The notes: generated by a model from the sequence alone, not told the origin. A stretch of 64,000 nt of DNA from Eledone cirrhosa (GCA_964016885.1 OZ024744.1:91946001-92010000), one strand, 5' to 3'; shown: positions 38,967 through 54,241, numbered from the stretch's first letter. Program-made: numbers and translations.

Positions 38967-40009
38967 TGTGTGGTATCTTGAGCAAGTATTTTTTAGTATT
39001 GCATCAACCTATGTCATGTGAGTGAAATTGGGTAGACAGAAACTGTTTAGAAGCCTATCAGATGGACTGAACCTGTAATTCAAAGAACCAACCTTGTCAC
39101 AGACTGTGTCATACTGAATCTCCCTAAGAGATAGGTTAAGTATCTGTGGAATACTCAGCCACTTACACTGTAATACAACATAGACTGTACCTGTAATTCA
39201 ACAGGACTAACCTTGTTACACACTGTGTCATACTGAATCTCCCCGAGAATTACGTTAATGGTACACATGTCTGTGGAATACTCAACCACTTATAATACAA
39301 TTGTTTCTACTTTTGGCACAAGGCCAGCAATTACCCCAGTGCATTACTAGTACTTTATTTTATCAACCCCGTAAGGATGAAAGATAAAGTTAACCTTGGC
39401 AGGATTTGAACTCAGAACGTAAAGGGACGTAACTCTGCTGCAAAGTATGGCGTCCAACCCTTTACCGATATTGCCAACAATATAGACTGTATCTGTAATT
39501 CATTGAGCTAGACTTGTTACACACAGTGTCATGCTGAATCTCCCTGATAATTACATTAAGTGTCCGTGGAATACTCAACCACTTACACTATAATACAACA
39601 TAAACTGTATCTTTAATTCAACAGGGGTAACCTTGTCACACAGTGTTATGCTGAATCTCCCTGAGAATTACATGACAGATACACGTGTCTGTAGACTATG
39701 GAATACGTACTAACTACTTACACGTTGATTTCATATGAAGACTGTTCTGTTGATCGAACAACTGGACCGCTCCTCGTCTCAACCGACGGAGATCCATGAC
39801 ATACCTTGCAGTATTTCGTTATGAACGTATTTCTATATTCTGACTCACAAATTCTTTGTGATGCTCCTCGTTCCAATTGTCAAGGTTTGTCAAGGTTTGT
39901 CAAGGTTTGTCAAGGTTTGTCAAGGTTTGCTTCCTTCCGAACTCTCTTCGGGGTCTCGGGATACGTAATCATTGTGCGTCCATCCCACGCATCCCTGGAT
40001 ATGTGTGAC

Positions 40010-40057
40010 GTGGTGGTAGTAGTAAAAGTAGTAGTAGTCGTAGTAGTAGTATTAGTG

Positions 40058-40108
<51 letters not shown>

Positions 40109-40183
40109 TTGGTGGTGGTGATGGTAGTAATAGTAGTGTTGGTTGTGGTGGTGGTGGTAGTAGTAGTAGTAGTAGTGGTAGTG

Positions 40184-40239
<56 letters not shown>

Positions 40240-40376
40240 AGTAGTAGTATTGGTGGTGGTGGTGGTAGTAGTAGTATTGGTGGTGGTGGTGGTAGTAGTA
40301 GTATTGGTGGTGGTGGTGGTGGTGGTGGTGATGGTAGTAGTAGTAGTGTTGGTTGTGGTGGTGGTAGTAGTAGTAC
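40010..40376. repeat. (GTA)n/(GTG)n microsatellite
   Basis: Directly visible. Confidence 0.95.
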
Positions 40377-40379
40377 CAT

Positions 40380-40730
40380 ACCATGCTTTGCAGCATAGAG
40401 TTATGCCCCTTTACGTTCTGAGTTCAAATCCAGCCGACATTAACTTTGCCTTTCATCCTTACGGGGTCGATAAAATAAAGTACCAGTAATGTACTGGGAT
40501 CTATTTAATCGATTTTCCCCTCCTCCACCCACCCCAAAATTACTGGCCTTGTGCTTAAATCAGAAACCATTATAACTATTATTAGTGGGTTGACAGTATC
40601 GGTAGAGCATCGGACAACATGCTTTGTGGCATATAATTATGGTCCTATATGTTCTGAGTTCAAATCGCGCCAAGGTTAGGTTTGTCTTTCATCATTAAGG
40701 TGTTGATAAAGTAACTGCAACGTACTGGAA
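40380..40730 (+). mobile_element. Two tandem Nin-like SINE copies
   Basis: GAGTTCAAATC B box and CTTTCATC...GATAAA motif occur twice. Confidence 0.8.
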
Positions 40731-40734
40731 TGAA

Positions 40735-43020
40735 TGCCTGGGAGGAAGGTTGGCTGGTAAGAGAAGCAGAGGCCGGCAGTCAACTTATGGACTGGACTTG
40801 ATCTTTGCTCTTTAAACTCTGCTGTTGGTGATCGAGAGGTGTTATATATTCCTGGAAGGAGGGTTGGCTGGTAAGAGAAGCAGAGGCCGGCAGTCAACTT
40901 ATGGACTGGACTTGATCTTTGCTCTTTAAACTCTGCTGTTGGTGATCGAAAGGTATTATATATTCCTGGAAGGACGGTTGGCTTGTAAGAGAAGCAGAGA
41001 CCGGCAGTCAACTTATGGACTGGACTTGATCTTTGCTCTTTAAACTCTGCTGTTGGTGATCGAAAGGTATTATATATTCCTGGAAGGAAGGTTGGCTGGT
41101 AAGAGAAGCAGAGGCCGGCAGTCAACTTATGAACTGGACTTGATCATTGCTCTTTAAACTCTGCTGTTGGTGATCGAAAGGTATTATATATTCCTGGAAG
41201 GACGGTTGGCTTGTAAGAGAAGCAGAGACCGGCAGTCAACTTATGGACTGGACTTGATCTTTGCTCTTTAAACTCTGCTGTTGGTGATCGAAAGGTATTA
41301 TATATTCCTGGAAGGAAGGTTGGCTGGTAAGAGAAGCAGAGGCCGGCAGTCAAAACGATGGCCTGATAATGTCAACTTATGGACTGGACTTGATCTTAGC
41401 TCTTTAAACTCTGCTGTTGGTGATCGAAAGGTATTATATATTCCTGGAAGGAAGGTTGGCTGGTAAGAGAAGCAGAGGCCGGCAGTCAAAACGATGGCAT
41501 GATAATGTCAACTTATGGACTGGACTTGATCTTTGCTCTTTAAACTCTGCTGTTGGTGATCGAAAGGTATTATATATTCCTGGAAGGAAGGTTGGCTGGT
41601 AAGAGAAGCAGAGGCCGGCAGTCAAAACGATGGCATGATAATGTCAACTTATGGACTGGACTTGATCTTTGCTCTTTAAACTCTGCTGTTGGTGATCGAA
41701 AGGTATTATATATTCCTGGAAGGAAGGTTGGCTGGTAAGAGAAGCAGAGGCCGGCAGTCAAAACGATGGCATGATAATGTCAACTTATGGACTGGACTTG
41801 ATCTTTGCTCTTTAAATGTTGCTGTTGGTGATCGAAAGGTGTTATATATTCCTGGAAGGAAGGTTGGCTGGTAAGAGAAGCAGAGGCCGGCAGTCAACTT
41901 ATGGACTAGACTTGATCTTTGCTCTTTAAACTCTGCTGTTGGTGATGGAAAGGTGTTATATATTCCTGGAAGGAAGGTTGGCTGGTAAAAGAAGCAGAGG
42001 CCGGCAGTCAACTTATAGACTGGACTTGATCTTTGCTCTCTAAACTCTGCTGTTGGTGATCGAAAGGTATTATATATTCCTGGAAGGAAGGTTGGCTGGT
42101 AAAAGAAGCAGAGGCCGGCAGTCAACTTATAGACTGGACTTGATCTTTGCTCTTTAAACTCTGCTGTTGGTGATGGAAAGGTGTTATATATTCCTGGAAG
42201 GAAGGTTGGCTGGTAGGAGAAGCAGAGGCCGGCAGTCAAAGCGATGGCCTGATAATGTCAACTTATGGACTAGACTTGATCATTGCTCTTTAAACTCTGC
42301 TGTTGGTGATGGAAAGGTGTTATATATTCCTGGAAGGAAGGTTGGCTGGTAAGAGAAGCAGAGGCCGGCAGTCAAAGCGATGGCCTGATAATGTCAACTT
42401 ATGGACTAGACTTGATCATTGCTCTTTAAACTCTGCTGTTGGTGATCGAAAGGTGTTATATATTCCTGGAAGGAAGCTTGGCTGGTAAGAGAAGCAGAGG
42501 CCGGCAGTCAAAACGATGGCATGATAATGTCAACTTATAGACTGGATTTGATCTTTGCTCTTTAAACTCTGCTGTTGGTGATCGAAAGGTATTATATATT
42601 GCTGGAAGGAAGGTTGGCTGGTAAGAGAAGCAGAGGCCGGCAGTCAACTTATGGACTGGACTTGATCTTTGCTCTTTAAACTCTGCTGTTGGTGATCGAA
42701 AGGTATTATATATTCCTGGAAGGAAGGTTGGCTGGTAAGAGAAGCAGAGGCCGGCAGTCAAAACGATGGCATGATAATGTCAACTTATGGACTGGACTTG
42801 ATCTTTGCTCTTTGAACTCTGCTGTTGGTGATCGAAAGGTGTTATATATTCCTGGAAGGACGGTTGGCTCGTAAGAGAAGCAGAGGCCGGCAGTCAAAAT
42901 GATGGCATGATAATGTCAACTTATGGACTGGACTTGATCTTTGCTCTTTAGAACTCTGCTGCTGGTGATCGAACTTTGTGGAGAGAGATATCACATGTTG
43001 ATGTGCAGTCTACAACTGGC
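40735..43020 (+). repeat. LINE-3'-end-derived satellite, 18 units of 114 or 136 bp
   Basis: The long unit encodes LEGRLAGKRSRGRQSKRWHDNVNLWTGLDL. The last unit continues into the normal LINE end (DRTLWREISH), as at 8370-8440. Confidence 0.95.
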
Positions 43021-43169
43021 GGAGTTTAGCGTCACAAGAAGAAGACTGGGTCGATTTCATCCATTTTCCTCTTCATAGTGAATATGTGCCTAAATCAGAA
43101 GCCATTATTGTGAACCTTCTGTCATAATTTCATTCACATATATAGAAAGTCTAAAATGTTTAAAGTCGG

Positions 43170-43662
43170 ACTCGAGCCCGGTGATTATCCAGGTTTCCAT
43201 GGTGTTAAGTAATTGAGAGTACAAAACACTCGCTGGACGCCAGTCGATCGCAGGGTTAGACACCCACCCTCGCTAGGGGGTTGTCATTTTCAGGTGAGAA
43301 TACTGTAGCAGAGTGAAATGAAGTGTTTTACTCAACATACAACAACCACCCGAACCCACGTCATTATGATTGTAAGGCCAATACCTTTACCTCCACTGGG
43401 TATACTGGAGCAACATGAAATGAAGTGTTTTGCTCAAGAACACAACACACAACCCTAACCAGGAATCAAACCCACAACATTATGATCATAAGTCCAACAC
43501 CCTTACCACTAGGCCACACACCTCCACTGACTATACTGGAGCAATGTGAAATGAAGTGTTTTGTTTAAGAATACAACACAACACACAACCCAACCCAGGA
43601 ATCGAACCCACGACATTAAGATTGTAAGTCCAAAACACTTACCACTAGACCACACACCTCCA
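43170..43662 (-). mobile_element. tRNA-derived SINE with a triplicated 5' part
   Basis: ACTGGAGCAA..TGAAATGAAGTGTTTTG.TCAAGAA...ACCACTAG.CCACACACCTCC occurs three times. Confidence 0.75.
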
Positions 43663-43767
43663 CATAGATAGGCTCGTCAGTAATTTGGATAGTACTTTAT
43701 TTCATGGAGGCCGTAAATAGATATCGCAAAGCGACCAAACCACCGCTTCCACCCGATAGAAATAGGG

Positions 43768-44178
43768 TACTCTCGGGTTCAAAATAATAGGGGGCGAGGA
43801 ATGAGCGGTGGTGGGTGGAAAATCGGTAATTTTTCTAGGTTGTCTCCGTTGATTATATTAAAAAACCAGAATTAGTCGTTTAGTTTACATATTGAGACCC
43901 CCAATCCATCCTATATATTTTATAATGTATGGGATTTCTAGTAATGTACTTTTTTTTGTTTTTGTTTTTGTCATGTATAATGTTTTTTAATGTCTAAAGA
44001 AAATTAATTGTCGCAGGAATGCTACTACTTAAAATAAAATTTTCCGGAGACAGATTAATAAAATTTAATAAGCGGGGGTGACTTGGGGGTTGAAATAAGA
44101 GTGCAGGGTTGGTTGGAAAAATATCTGAAAAATTAATAAGCAGGTTGAGGGGCGGCGATTATTCGGGACCCGAGAATA
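43768..44178. mobile_element. MITE, same family as 10376-10713
   Basis: TIRs TACTCTCGGGTTCAAAATAAT and ATTATTCGGGACCCGAGAATA. Confidence 0.75.
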
Positions 44179-44415
44179 AATTTATAGAAAAGCACCCGCT
44201 GAGGTTCGCTAAGGTAAACAAAAAAAACTTAGGGGTAAAAGACAAAATTTCTTAGCGAACATCAGCAGGTGACTTAATTTAAATGGCTGAGAAGCGCTTA
44301 TCTTTAACTCTGTGGATCTTTCTCCCTCTCCGTTTCCTTTTGTAGAAAATTGAGTCGTTGGTAGGTGAGTCGGATGTCGGATCAGTTGAAAATAAACGGG
44401 AAGAAAAAAAATAAC

Positions 44416-44733
44416 TGTTGCTACTTTAGGCACAAAGCCTGCAATTACCCAGTGTATTACTGGTACTTTATTTTATCGACCCCGTAAGGATGAAAGGCAA
44501 AGTTACCTTCGGCGGGATTGGAACTCATAACGTAGATAATAATAATTGTTTCTACTTTAGGCACAAGGCCAGCAAATACCCCAGTGTATCACTGGTACTT
44601 TATTTTATTAACTCCGTAAGGATGAAAAGCAAAGTTAACTTCGACGGGATTTGAACACAGAACGTAAAGGGCCATAACTCTATGCTGCAAAGCATGGTGT
44701 CTGACGCTCTACCGATTCTGCCAATCGACCGCC
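44416..44733 (-). mobile_element. Two tandem Nin-like SINE copies
   Basis: Match 5786-5975. Confidence 0.85.
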
Positions 44734-45048
44734 CATGGGGAAGAAAAGAAAAACAAAAATTGCCACCGAAGAAAACTCCGAAACTGGGAAAATCCGAGTG
44801 TCTCCTATATCGCCAGTCCCCCACAGCACACCTTCCGTTGTCGTGGCTAGGTAGGTAGGTAGGTAGGGGGTGGTGGTGGGTGGTGGTGGTGGTGGTGGTG
44901 GTGAGTCAATTGAAAACACGATAAAAAAATAAATAAAAAAATAGAGAGATAAATAAAAAAAATACCTTAGCCAACACCCAGAGGGTATTTTTTTGTGTAA
45001 GTTTACCAGAAATAGCATCTCAATTTCCCTCAAACCACAGCATTAAAT

Positions 45049-48092
<3,044 letters not shown>

Positions 48093-48094
<2 letters not shown>

Positions 48095-48281
48095 GCGGTG
48101 GATTGGCAGTATTGGTAGAGGGTCGGACGCCATGCTTTGCAGCATAGTTACGTCCCTTTACGATCTGAGTTCAAATCCCACCAAGGTTAACTTTGCCTTT
48201 CATCCTTACGGGGTCGATAAAATAAAGTACCATTAACGTACTGGGTAATTGCTGGCCTTGTGCCTAAAGTAGAAACAATTA
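48093..48281 (+). mobile_element. Full-length Nin-like SINE inserted in (TA)n
   Basis: GGCGGTGGATTGGCAGTATTGGTAGAG...GAGTTCAAATCC...GTAGAAACAATT. Confidence 0.9.
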
Positions 48282-48457
48282 TTATATATATATATATATT
48301 TATGTATTGTTCATACACTATACACACAAACACAGATATATATATATATATATTGTTCATACAATGTAGATATCTATATCTATATCTATATATTTATGTT
48401 TGTGTGTTTGTATAATGTATATATATATATGGATATATAATATATATTTAATGTATA

Positions 48458-48489
<32 letters not shown>

Positions 48490-49157
48490 GTATACATATG
48501 TATAATGTATAAATATATGTGTATACATATATATTTAATGTATATATATGTGTGTGTATGTAATACTTATGCACACACGCACATATATAAGTATATGTAG
48601 TGAACGAAAGAACAAACCAGAGAAGCTACATACGTACGTACGCACGCAAACTGCACACACACATGCATGTGTTTGTTGTGGTGGTTGTGGTGGCTGTGGT
48701 GGTAGTAGTAGTAGTTATGGTGGTGGCTGTGGTGGTAGTAGTAGTTATGGTGGTGGCTGTGGTGGTAGTAGTAGTTATGGTTGTGGTTGTGGTGGTAGTA
48801 GTTGTGGCGTGCGTGTGCGAGTAAGCGTGAAAAATTGTTTGTCTTGAAAAAACTTGGCACAAGAATCTAGATCCACCCCCAGAATAATGCAGGAATCAAA
48901 AACTTGCGTCTCCCAGCCGTCCCGAGGGTGAAAAAAAATGAATCTAAGTGAGGAAATGGAGAAATTCTGAAAGTTCTAACGGAGTGGGAGTGAGATACTT
49001 GAGGATGAGTAAAATATTTGCTCAAAAATGGAACAAAATAAATAAAACAGAATGTGTTGTTTTTTTTCTTGCTCTAAAATGGAACACTCTCCTCTTTGCC
49101 CTTCGACAGTTTGTCTTTTAAAAATACAGATATAAATATATATATATATATATAGTC

Positions 49158-49201
49158 TATCAAAGTTCTTTCATCACAGACTTGTGACATCATCAGTGGT
49201 A
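49158..49201 (-). ncRNA. Degenerate minimal hammerhead motif
   Basis: tacca CTGATGA t-gtcaca-agtc-tgtgat GAAA gaac TT tgata. Core and stem II are intact; stems I and III have mismatches. Confidence 0.55.
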
Positions 49202-49959
49202 CTATTATGTTTCCTCGCGTTGTATTGTAATGTCAACGCCATTTTTATTTAATATATAGATTTATGTATATGTATGTGTGCATGTATGTGTGTGTGCATA
49301 AATTCATATATACTTATTTGCTATTTGCATGTGATTGTCTACTTTCGAGCTTCTCTCATCGTCAGGTATATATGCGTACAATGTGTAATTGTATGTGTGT
49401 GTGTATGTATGTGTGTGTTTGTGAGTGTGTGTATGTGTGTGTGAGTGTGTATGTGTATGTGTGTGTGTTTGTGTGTGTATGTGTGTGTGTGTGTCTGTGT
49501 GTGTTTGTGAGTGTGTGTATGTGTGTGTGAGTGTGTATGTGTATGCGTGTGTGTTTGTGAGTGTGTGTATGTGTGTGTTAGTGTGTATGTGTATGTGTGT
49601 GTGTTTGTGTATGTATATGTGTGTTTGTGAGTGTGTGTATGTGTGTGTGAGTGTGTATGTGTATGTGTGTGTGTTTGTGTGTGTATGTGTGTGTGTGTGA
49701 TAATATCTGTAAGTGTGAAAAAGGCAAAAAGGAAAACTGCTCAATCAGTTCCGTGTATTTAATATTGTATATTAAATACACGGAACAAAAGTGTTACCAA
49801 AGGTTTCTTGTAAATTTGAATAGCGAAATCGTACACGTGTTAGTGTTCGTTTATGCTAAAGGGTTAAATCTCTTTAAAAGAACCCTCATCAATATCTTTA
49901 CCTTATTGAACGTATTCTTATCTTGCCTTGGGATTTGCATCATCCAAATCTCGAATTAT

Positions 49960-50226
49960 TGTCCTGGTGATACTTTAGTATTACCTGGTAACATTGTTTC
50001 TACTTTGGGCACAAGGCCAGCAATTACCCAGTACATTACTGGTACTTTATTTTATTGACCCCGTAAGGGTGAAGGGCAAAGTGAACCTCGGCGAGATTTG
50101 AACTCAGATTATAAAGGGGCGTAACTAAATGCTGCAAATCATGGCGTCCGACCCTCTACCGATACTGCCAACCCCCCGCCATGGTAATAATACCTGGTAA
50201 TATTAAAGTTGAAACGCGTGTAGACA
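49960..50226 (+). ncRNA. Hammerhead motif split by a SINE insertion (SINE 49994-50180, minus strand)
   Basis: tgtc CTGGTGA t-actttagtattacc...[SINE]...ggtaatattaaagt-t GAAA cgcgtg TA gaca, then AATAAA. TACCTGGTAA is duplicated on both sides of the SINE. Confidence 0.7.
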
Positions 50227-50603
50227 TTAATAAAGGGATTTGAAGTACATTCTTTGGATGTCAATTCATTCAAATGATATATATATATATGTAGGCCCTG
50301 TCTCTGATCAGCCATTTCACCCGGAGAGGTTTCCCTCCCCCTCTCCCTCGTTCACGCCGCCCTCACTCGCTCCCGCGCAGTCCGCCGCTTCACCACCATC
50401 ACCCTGCCCCCACCCACCGTCTATAATTCCCCCTCCCCTACCACCCCTCCACCGCACCATCCTCCACCTCTTCCGACGCCTCCAGTCCGGCCTTCCCACC
50501 TTCCCATCCCCACCCCTCCCCTCCTTCAAATGCGCGCGTAACCTCCGCAACCTCCTCGTCCGCAGCTCCCTACCCCGAACCCCCGTTCCCCCAAAATAAA
50601 GGG

Positions 50604-50652
50604 AAGCAACCGACAGCTGTTTCTCGTTTGTTAACGGTTATCAAGATTGCTT
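50604..50652 (-). ncRNA. Hammerhead motif, U3-A8 core variant
   Basis: aagcaatc TTGATAA c-cgtt-aaca-aacg-a GAAA cagctg TC ggttgctt: 8-bp stem I and palindromic stem III. Confidence 0.8.
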
Positions 50653-50940
50653 ATCCCTCCGCTTCTGCCGAGACAAAGGAAGTGACATAGTCACTACTTT
50701 AAAACTCATAGCGATTGGTCTTCAAAATGTTTTTAAATAAACATACAGTATATTATCAAATATACTATATATACTATACATACATTTATACATACATTCA
50801 TACATCGCTATTTCAGAGCACTGATACTCTTTTCTAAGTTTTGCTGGACCGGCAACTGCTCTGCTTAATCAGCTCTTAAACATCACTGGAATTCTATAAG
50901 AATCCAGCTTCGATAAGTCTGGGCAGAAGCGGAGGGATAC

Positions 50941-50985
50941 GCAATCTTGATAACCGTTAACAAACGAGAAACAGCTGTCGGTTGT
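50941..50985 (+). ncRNA. Hammerhead motif, U3-A8 core variant (inverted copy of 50604-50652)
   Basis: gcaatc TTGATAA ccgttaacaaacga GAAA cagctg TC ggttgt. Confidence 0.78.
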
Positions 50986-51108
50986 TTCCCTTTATTTTTA
51001 CCGAGACAAAGTAAGTGACATAGTCACTACTTTAAAGTTTATAGCGAATGGTCTTCAAAATATTTATAAATAAACATACAGTATATTATCAAATATACTA
51101 TACATACA

Positions 51109-51192
<84 letters not shown>

Positions 51193-51403
51193 ACGAAGGG
51201 TGATTTTAGTAAGAAGTAGTTATTGTTAAATGGATTAACACGGTTATTAGATGAAATAACAAGAATGGCCGATTTACTTTATATATAAAAATATTTACTT
51301 CACTTGAGTTAAAAAGAAGAATAAACATATTACCACGAGTTGCGAAGGTTGACAATGTTATTTTTGTTGTTGGTTCATGAGGCTGTTGTAGTTTGAGACC
51401 ATA

Positions 51404-51457
<54 letters not shown>

Positions 51458-51534
51458 GAGAGAGGGAGAGAGAGAGAGAGGGAGGGAGAGAGAGAGAGAG
51501 AGTAATGGTCTATAATTGACTGTAGACCATTGTA

Positions 51535-51855
51535 GCCTGTAGATAGCGGTGAATCTTTCACATAGCTTGTAATAGCGTACTGATCTGATCGCTCTGTATG
51601 TCTGTAGACCTCTGAGGCCTGAAGGTAGCAGTGAATCTTTCACATAGCTGGTCTGTATCGTGGTGCTCCTCCGATCTCTCTGTCTTTCCGTAGACCTCTG
51701 GGGTCTGAAGGTAGCAGTGAATCTTTCACATAGCTGGTCTGTATCGTGGTGCTCCTCCGATCTCTCTGTCTTTCTGTAGACCTCTGGGGCCTGAAGGTAG
51801 CGGTGAATCTTTCACATAGCTGGTCTGTATCGTGGTGCTCCGATCTCTCTGTCTA
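51535..51855. repeat. ~86 bp tandem repeat, 3 full copies plus 1 partial
   Basis: GTAGACCTCTG..G.CTGAAGGTAGC.GTGAATCTTTCACATAGCT. Confidence 0.9.
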
Positions 51856-52009
51856 TAAAGTGGGAAAATATAGGCTTTATATACTTGTCGCTCTCTGTCT
51901 CCCACCTTGAGGGGATAGCCTACGCATGAACCTGTTCACACCAAAAGGATGGTGACCTAGAGTTTGACCTTTAGGTGTCACCCAAAGTTCAAGGCGTGGA
52001 CAGATTTCG

Positions 52010-52166
<157 letters not shown>

Positions 52167-52455
52167 CACAGTTAAAGGACTAACATTTATTACATAAAAT
52201 AACTGGCACGTGTTTCGCCAATGAACAGGTGAGCAATATCTAGAATCGCTAATCCAATGGGATCTATCAGAAAACTCGATTTCCAATATCTTTGCGTTAG
52301 CCTGAAGAGGCTGATTTATCACGGTGATAATGCAAAAATATTGGAAATCGAGTTTTCCAATAGATCCCATCGGATTAGCGATTCAAGATATTGTTCACCT
52401 GTTCATTGGCGAAACACGTGTCAGTTATGTAATAAATGTTAGTCCTTTAACTGTG
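52167..52455. repeat. ~130 bp-arm palindrome carrying a hammerhead-like 3' half (PLE-type inversion)
   Basis: Arms 52167-52299 and 52328-52455. The spacer holds CTGAAGA; the right arm has GGC GAAA CACGTG TC...AATAAA. Confidence 0.85.
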
Positions 52456-52656
52456 AAATTGATGTATTCATGTGATTTATTATATTATATATAAACACTC
52501 CTGGAATTACCTTCATTGTACCGACTGTTGATCACCACGGAACCATTAGAATAAACGATTCACTTGTTGAGTCAAAAACCACTGTATCTTGACACAGTCT
52601 TCGATTTCCCCTAACGAAATCCGATCACTATTATATTTTCTCTCTATCTCTCTCCC

Positions 52657-52790
<134 letters not shown>

Positions 52791-52882
52791 CGTGTACATG
52801 TGTGTATATTTAAATATATATACACACACACATACTTACATACATATATACATCCATACATGCATACATACATGCATGCATG

Positions 52883-52926
<44 letters not shown>

Positions 52927-52928
<2 letters not shown>

Positions 52929-52982
52929 CACAACTTACGAATGCATTTCTTGTAGCTTGTCTGCAGTAAATAACGCCCATAC

Positions 52983-53048
<66 letters not shown>

Positions 53049-53103
53049 TTATGGGCGTTATTTACTGCAGACAAGCTACAAGAAATGCATTCGTAGTTGT
53101 GTA
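52927..53103. repeat. Near-perfect palindrome with ~57 bp unique arms around (AT)n
   Basis: ACGAATGCATTTCTTGTAGCTTGTCTGCAGTAAATAACGCCCATA and its reverse complement flank the (AT)n tract. Confidence 0.92.
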
Positions 53104-53319
53104 CCTACAAGTTCTATGTTTCATACACAATGTGTTATTTACTAAACAAACCAGAACAGAAAGAAATATATTTCTGTCCAACCTGTCTTGAATAGATTCA
53201 AATATAGGGAGGAGATTTGTGTGTTACATGTATATGTATGTACTTAAAGTCAGTGTTAAGTTTATGTCTGGAAGTATTCCATCATCATCATCGTCATCTC
53301 TTGATTTGGGAGACATTCA

Positions 53320-53732
53320 AGTTCAACATAGTCCCTCAGCAAGGCATAGCTCAAAATAATCTCTTTGCAAGACCTGGTTCAACATAATATCTTAACGAGA
53401 CCTGGCTCAAAATAATCCCTTAGCAAGGCATAGCTCAAAATAATCTCTTTGCAAGACCTGGTTCAACATAATCTCTTAGTGTGACCTGGCTCAAAATAAT
53501 ATCTTAGTGAGACAGAGCTCAACATAAACTCTTAACGAGACATAGCTCAAAATAATCTCTTAGCAAAACCATGTTCAACATAATCATTTAGTGAGACAAA
53601 GCTCAACATAATCTCTTAACAAGACATAGCTCAAAATAATCTTTTAGCAAGACCTGGTTCAACATAATCCTTTAGTGAGACAGAGCTCATCATAATCTCT
53701 TAGCGAGACGAGGTTCAACATAATCTTTTAGC
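53320..53732. repeat. ~28 bp diverged minisatellite
   Basis: Recurring G(C/T)TCAA(C/A)ATAATCTCTTAG..AGAC. Confidence 0.9.
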
Positions 53733-53952
53733 GCGAATTTGCATGTAGTGTGTATAACAAATTTAATTAAAAGAAACCAAATTTATTAGATCAAAAGTAG
53801 ACAAAAATGTACATCGTCCAATTGTAATGATAACAATACAAGCATACACACAAACACACAAACACACATACACACAGATACCTCTTAGTGAGACCTGGTT
53901 CAATGTACACATAGACATATAAAACATGCACCCAAACATATAGAGTACACAA

Positions 53953-54026
<74 letters not shown>

Positions 54027-54054
54027 AAATATATATATATATATATATAATAAA

Positions 54055-54114
<60 letters not shown>

Positions 54115-54116
54115 TT

Positions 54117-54155
<39 letters not shown>

Positions 54156-54198
54156 ATTATATATATATATATATAGTATATATATATATATATATAAT

Positions 54199-54241
<43 letters not shown>

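Larger units (their letters stand above)
50292..51110 (+). mobile_element. Penelope-like element fragment (RT-EN linker, Neptune-like) with inverted and direct terminal repeats, in (TA)n
   Basis: Peptide LHRTILHLFRRLQSGLPTFPSPPLPSFKCARNLRNLLVRSSL. Inverted repeat 50593-50668/50922-50998; direct repeat 50668-50770/51001-51102. Confidence 0.75.

Noticed and set aside
49330-49370. Minus-strand CTGACGA-tgagagaagctc-GAAA-gtagac
   Set aside because: The hammerhead core is present but there is no UH cleavage site or stem I; at best a decayed copy.
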